From Macrostomum hystrix (lineage: Eukaryota > Animalia > Platyhelminthes), in the NCBI GenBank assembly GCA_950097015.1, contig CATNEN010000037.1, forward strand, positions 3,906,001 through 3,970,000: 64,000 nt of DNA. The letters are read 5' to 3'. The notes under the pieces are model-generated. The model was given only the letters and a program-made list of their open reading frames with translations, made no database searches and was not told where the DNA came from. Made by a program: the position numbers and the translations under genes. Shown here piece by piece: positions 58,540 to 64,000 of the stretch (the stretch's first letter is position 1; each line of letters opens with the position of its first letter).

Positions 58540-59180
58540 GCTTAGTAGATGGGTGTGAGAGTCTAGAGTATATGATCGGTAATGCTGAGTCGATGGGCGT
58601 GAGTCTAGAGTATTTGATCTGTAATATAGTGCTGAGTAGATGGGTGTGAGTCTTGAGTATATTATCGGTAATTCGGAGTAGATGGGCGTGAGTCTTGAGT
58701 ATATTATCGGTAATGCTGAGTCGATGGGCGTGAGTCTAGAGTATATTATCGGTAATGCTGAGTCGATGGGCGTGAGTCTGGAGTATATGATCGGTAATGC
58801 TGAGTCGATGGGCGTGAGTCTTGAGTATATTATCGGTAATGCTGAGTCGATGGGCATGAGTCTTGAGTATGTTATCGGTAATGCTGAGTAGATGGGCGTG
58901 AGTCTTGAGTATGTTATTGGTAATGCTGAGTAGATGGGTGTGAGTCTTGAGTATATTATCGGTAATTCGGAGTAGATGGGCGTAAGTCTAGAGTATATGA
59001 TCGGTAATGCTGAGTAGATGGGCGTGAGTCTTGAGTATTTGATCTGTAATATAGTGCTGAGTAGATGGGTGTGAGTCTTGAGTATATTATCGGTAATGCT
59101 GAGTAGATGGGCGTGAGTCTTGAGTATATTATCGGTAATGCTGAGTAGATGGGCGTGAGTCTTGAGTATATTATCGGTAA
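58540..59180. repeat. 42-bp minisatellite (GAGTAGATGGGCGTGAGTCTTGAGTATATTATCGGTAATGCT), about 15 copies
   Basis: Direct tandem periodicity. Confidence 0.93.
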
Positions 59181-60846
59181 TTTTTTAGTAGATTTGGGTG
59201 GGGTGTAAAGTTAAAAGCAATAACTTGTACCACTATACCACGTCTCTTGCAGCAGTACATATTCATCCGGTTTGAATGGATTCTAGCCTGATTGTTAATC
59301 GCTTTTGTACTTATACTCAGAAAGTAAAATATTTGAGCCATTCTGACTAGTCTCTGCGTTGTCATTAACTATATAGTATTTAAATTAGCAAAAATGTAAC
59401 TTTTTTCGATTAAAGGATTAAAATAAAATATGGCATTTAGTTTACTCACCTAGATTGTGCATAACAGGCGTGCTTTGTTCGAAATATTGTTAAAATCCCA
59501 GGCCTCTCCAATTGCCAGCACTGCATGAAGGGAGTCACCAAGCTAGAAGATCATTTGTCGCCTCTATCGACACACACGACCAGCCTATATAGTACGAGTA
59601 GAATAGTCGTGCAACTACAGTCGTGCAATTGCTAATCAAACAGAGAGCTGTTTTGCTGGTGGAAACTATTGGTAATAGTTGCTGCTCCGAACTGCAGGCA
59701 ATGCACAATTCATCATTTGCATAGCCAGCGAGTTTGAGTTGTAGGGGCCACTTCAAGATGCAAGAGCAGAGGTCGAATATATATACCCACAAAGTCTATT
59801 TATTTGCGTAACTACATAAATGATTAAGTGTTGACGAAAATGCCCAGTACATTAACCACTTGCGATTGTAAAAAAATCGCGCGTGTACCTAGCTGTATCA
59901 CCAGTCGGAGCACACAGACAATTGCTGCGTAGCGTGCAGCATTAGCTACATAGTGCGTTTATTCAGTTCATCAGCCGGAGATCAAATTATACAATTTGAT
60001 TCGCTTGCCCAATTGGCTGACCGCTTATCGCTTGATGAGCATCGTTTGCCCCGAGACAGTGCACTCATAAAGTGCTTTTGTCAATAATTAATTGGCATAT
60101 TAAATATTAACTTTATTCTATCTAATCCCTGATCGAAGCCGTCACAAGCTGTGCTCCGATTCATACCAATTCATTGTTTCTTACCACTGTTTCCTTCTAA
60201 GATCTAGATTGTAAAGTGTAATTGTTATTAAAGATTATTGTTTAAACTTACACAATAAGGAATCTTCAGGATACTGTTAGTTAATTAGTTACATGAAAAA
60301 AAGTTGCATCTGAGCTGCAGATATAAAGCGCAAAATCTTTAGAAACAAATTGTAAAAGTGACTAATGATTCAATGAAAATACAGCACCCAGAAAGAAAGT
60401 TGCACTTCTCATGCAATGACTACTAAAGTACTAACGAGCTACTAAAGAACTAACTATATGTCTTCGTTTTGCTGTCGCTATTTTTGTGTCGTGTGTTCTA
60501 TCACATTGATATTGATTATGCTGGGTCGATTCTGCACGGAACTTTTTGAAAGGTGTCACTTTTTTGTTTCAATTTTCGATACATGAAAATAATATAGCAA
60601 AATGTTTTTGCTTAACAAGTCAAATGACTACTTACGATCAGAATAAATTAAAAAATCGGTTTTAAGTTGTTTATATTTTACAAGGTAAAAATTTAAACTC
60701 ACGTGAAAGTTTGATTTATTGAGCTATAATTTTTTAAAGCAAAGTTTTAACCAGTACGGGCAAAAATATAAATTACAAGAGTAAGGGAGGCTTAATTTAA
60801 CTGCAACATATCGTTTAAAATAAAAATACCATACAGAATTCGCAAA

Positions 60847-63800
60847 ATGCTAACACTTGGTACGTTATTCCACTTTTATAATTTTTCTTTTCAAAACTCA
60901 AGGTAAAGTTAGCTTCATCAAACTGAAGCAGCAGATATGCTTAAGTGTCGTCTTTATACAAAATAATTTTTCCGAGGCTGCACTTAACTATAGAATATTA
61001 ACTTTAAGGTCTAAAGAACATAATTCTGGAACATAGGGGCACGGTGGATCTATCTGCAGAGGCATCGTATTTGTCTATTGTGGCATCTGGCTCTGGCCTC
61101 TGGGAAGGATAGATTTGCAGTGCTACAAATTAGGACAAGCAGGAAATACTAATTATATATATTTAAAATAATATTTTTTTTTCTAGAGATTAACAATTGA
61201 AAAAACATAATTTTAAAAGTAAATTTTCCATACCCTTAAGATCTTTACTAAGCAGTAATTACCACAACTCAATAATACAATATTAAAGATATCTGCTATG
61301 TCCCTGGTAATAATAAAATAGGGTTATGGCTTGCTTCTGGACACTGCCACTGCCATGTCCCTAATAATAATAAAAGGGAGTCATGACTTGTTTTAGGATA
61401 TTGGACACTAATAAGCTATTACTAGCATTAGGCCTAGTTTTAATCAAGATAATATTGAGATGATTATATTACATTGATATAGCTTAGTAGCCAATATATC
61501 AGAACTTAAAAAGAAGCAATCCTATACATACATGTGCAACACCCGGCCAAACTGGCCGGGTGAAACGAGGGCTAAGCAAGGTAAGCTGCAAAAACCAATC
61601 AACCAAGCGTAAAAAAATCAAAGGGACAAATAAGGAAGGCATGAAGAAGAGGAAAAAGAGAGCAAATGAGAGCAAACTTATTCGTAAATAGAGCAATGAA
61701 ACAAACTAAGTCACAAATGAGGGCAAACTAAGTCATAAATAGAGCAAAAACTAAGTCGCATGGCCGGCTAAGATTTGGGAGGTTGCACATGTATGACCTA
61801 TAGATTAATTACACAGTATTTTAATTTGTTTTAAAGCCATTAGAAGACTGGCATATTAAAACCAGGATTCAGTGCCTCAAATTATTCAAGTGTAAAAAAG
61901 CTATAAACTCTATCTTGATCATTATTACTATACTATAGTAATATAGTATACTATAGTATGGCCTACTCTACTATATTATTTATATGTATTTTAAAGCAAC
62001 CTCTAGGCTTACTAACAAATGTAACTATAAGTTGATCAGATTTTTACTAGGCCTAATTTAAAATTGTCATATAAAGTTAAATGACTAGCTTTTCTCTAAA
62101 ATCATAAATATTCATAGAATTATAATACAAAATTTATAATTAAATTATAAATTACATCTAATCAAGATAGGCCATATATATGCTTTATATCCAATCAGAT
62201 AGCTTCAGCAATTGTACAAAGATTCCAATTTCCAAAGGCAATATACTTTTGTTCAGTCTATCAAATTATAGGGATACCATGTCAACATTAATTTATAATT
62301 TAACTGATACCCATTTTACAGATGTGTGTAATGAAAAGATAAGGCATTAAGTGACTTGCTAAAGTGTGCAAATCATTTCCCCAGGGCTTCAATTCAAACT
62401 CCAGACCCTCTTAATCAAGAGTCCAAAGCTCTAACCATTTAGCTACTTCAAAGGTATACATTGTGATCTTATGGCTTGTACCTAGTCCAAAACTCCAATT
62501 CTAATCCCAAAATTTAAAGACTTGTAATAAAAAGATGATTGAATTCTTCAATAAATAAAAGCATTTCTAATAACCTGATTGTCTCCACCCTACACAGAGA
62601 AAATATATGCGTCTCTGCCTAGGACTGAGCGTGGCAAATCTATTGTTCTTGGTGGCGATCCCAAGGGCGAAAACTTTCTCTACGTCAATGGCAACAGCGT
62701 CTTCATTCGAAGCCTAAAAGTGAGAACTCGATTTATGATTTTTAAGTAAACAGTTCAGGTTTTTTGTCTGGTCCCAAAATTTGATAATGTCCCTCTCTTG
62801 CAGGATCCCTACACCAAGTGTGACGTGTACACGCAGCACTCCACCGCCACTGGTGTGGCCAAGTACTCGCCTAGTGGTTTCTACATCGCCTCGGGCGATG
62901 CGTCCGGCAAAGTGCGCATCTGGGACACAACCCAGGCTGAGCATGTGCTCAAAAACGAATTTCACGTACTTGGCGGCCCAATTCGCGACCTGGCCTGGAC
63001 ATCGGACAATCAGCGCCTCGTCATTGTTGGCGACGGTCGGGAGAAATTCGGCGTCGCCATCCTCGCCGACAGCGGCGCCTCTGTCGGCGAAATCCTTGGC
63101 CACTCCAAGGCCATCAACTCCGTCGACATGAAGCCCCAGCGGCCCTTCCGCGCGGTTACCGCCTCAGAGGACTTTGTTGTCTGCTTCTTCGAGGGTCCGC
63201 CTTTCAAATTCAAGAAGCAGAATGACGAACACACCAACTTTGTTAATGCCGTCCGCTACGCACCCAGCGGCGACTTGTTTGCCAGCGCCGGCAGCACCGG
63301 CCGCATCCTTCTGCACGAAGGCAAGACCTCGGAGTACATTGGCGAAATCGGCGACCCGGCTCACAAGGGCGGCATCTATTCGTTGGCCTTCAGTCCGAGC
63401 TCCGACCGGCTTCTGTCTGTCAGCGCCGACAAGACCGCCCGGCTGTGGAATGTGCAGGATCGGTCGCTTGTTGGTAAGATCTGTTCAACTTGATTTACTA
63501 ATACCTGTTAAACATCCGAAAATGAGTGTCATAGTTCCCACCTACCTGTTTAGCAACACGAAATGAGTGTCATAGTTCCCACCTACCTGTTTAGCAACAC
63601 GAAATGAGTGTCATAGTTCCCACCAACCTGTTTAGCAACACAAAATGAGTGTCATAGTTCCCACCTGCCTGTTTAGCAACACAAAATGAGTGTCATAGTT
63701 CCCACCTACCTGTTTAGCAACACAAAATGAGTGTCATATTTCCAACCTACCTGTTTAGCAACACAAAATGAGTGTCATAGTTCCCACCTACCTGTTTAGC

Positions 63801-64000
63801 AACACAAAATGAGTGTTAAGTGTTAGTAAAGTTAGAATATTGTTAATATAGTTAATCAAAAAATATTTACGACAATTTTAAGTCTAACTTTAAAACGCAT
63901 TTCTAAAATCATTTTTAGCGGAATGGTCGTTTGGCAACACAGTCAACGACATGCAGGTGAGCTGTCTATGGTGCGGCGACTACATAGTGACAGTGTCATT
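60847..64000 (+). CDS. WDR1: WD-repeat protein 1 / actin-interacting protein 1, 5' part, join(60847..60859,62598..62719,62804..63473,63919..>64000); first micro-exon tentative
   Basis: KIYASLPRTERG..LGGDPKGENFLY, AKYSPSGFYIASGD.SGKVRIWDTTQ, GREKFG, GHSKAINSVD, FFEGPPFKF, AHKGGIYS, DMQVSCLW. Exon 1 inferred from AAAATGCTAACACTTG|GTACGT, phase 1. Confidence 0.94.
62290..62450 (-). mobile_element. Degenerate tRNA-headed CORE-type SINE in WDR1 intron 1
   Basis: On +: CCCATTTTACAGATG..TTAAGTGACTTGCTAAAG (MIR/CORE-like), then TTCAAACTCCAGACC..CCAAAGCTCTAACCATTTAGCTAC (reverse-complement tRNA head). Confidence 0.65.
63520..63815. repeat. 41-bp minisatellite in WDR1 intron 3, about 7 copies
   Basis: Unit AAATGAGTGTCATAGTTCCCACCTACCTGTTTAGCAACAC(G/A). 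Confidence 0.92.

Overview
Eukaryotic (animal) genomic DNA with GC-rich spliced genes, AT-rich spacers and a different minisatellite in many introns. This style resembles a free-living flatworm such as Macrostomum, but that is inference only. Host genes that can be modelled from conserved protein motifs and GT-AG junctions are: the last exon of a PP2A B55 subunit (+), RFC2 (+, 3 exons), an sFRP1/2/5-type Wnt antagonist with a long basic C-terminal tail (+, 3 exons), an alpha1-adrenergic-like aminergic GPCR (+, 3 exons), a single-exon 248-aa orphan ORF (-), an HCN channel (-, about 10 exons) and the 5' part of WDR1/AIP1 (+). Mobile DNA comprises a full-length, very young BEL/Pao LTR retrotransposon (227-bp LTRs with no difference found, 5-bp TSD, iMet-type PBS, no purine tract before the 3' LTR), one young 591-bp tRNA-headed SINE with a 12-bp TSD, and four older tRNA/CORE-type SINE copies. 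About 25 tandem-repeat arrays explain most of the long repetitive ORFs in the ORF track. I found no prokaryotic features, CRISPR arrays, rRNA or intact tRNA genes. I cannot claim a wholly new system. The best leads are the inverted minisatellite cores bracketing a skippable GPCR exon, the atypical priming signals of the BEL element, and unusual variants in sFRP, the GPCR and HCN.
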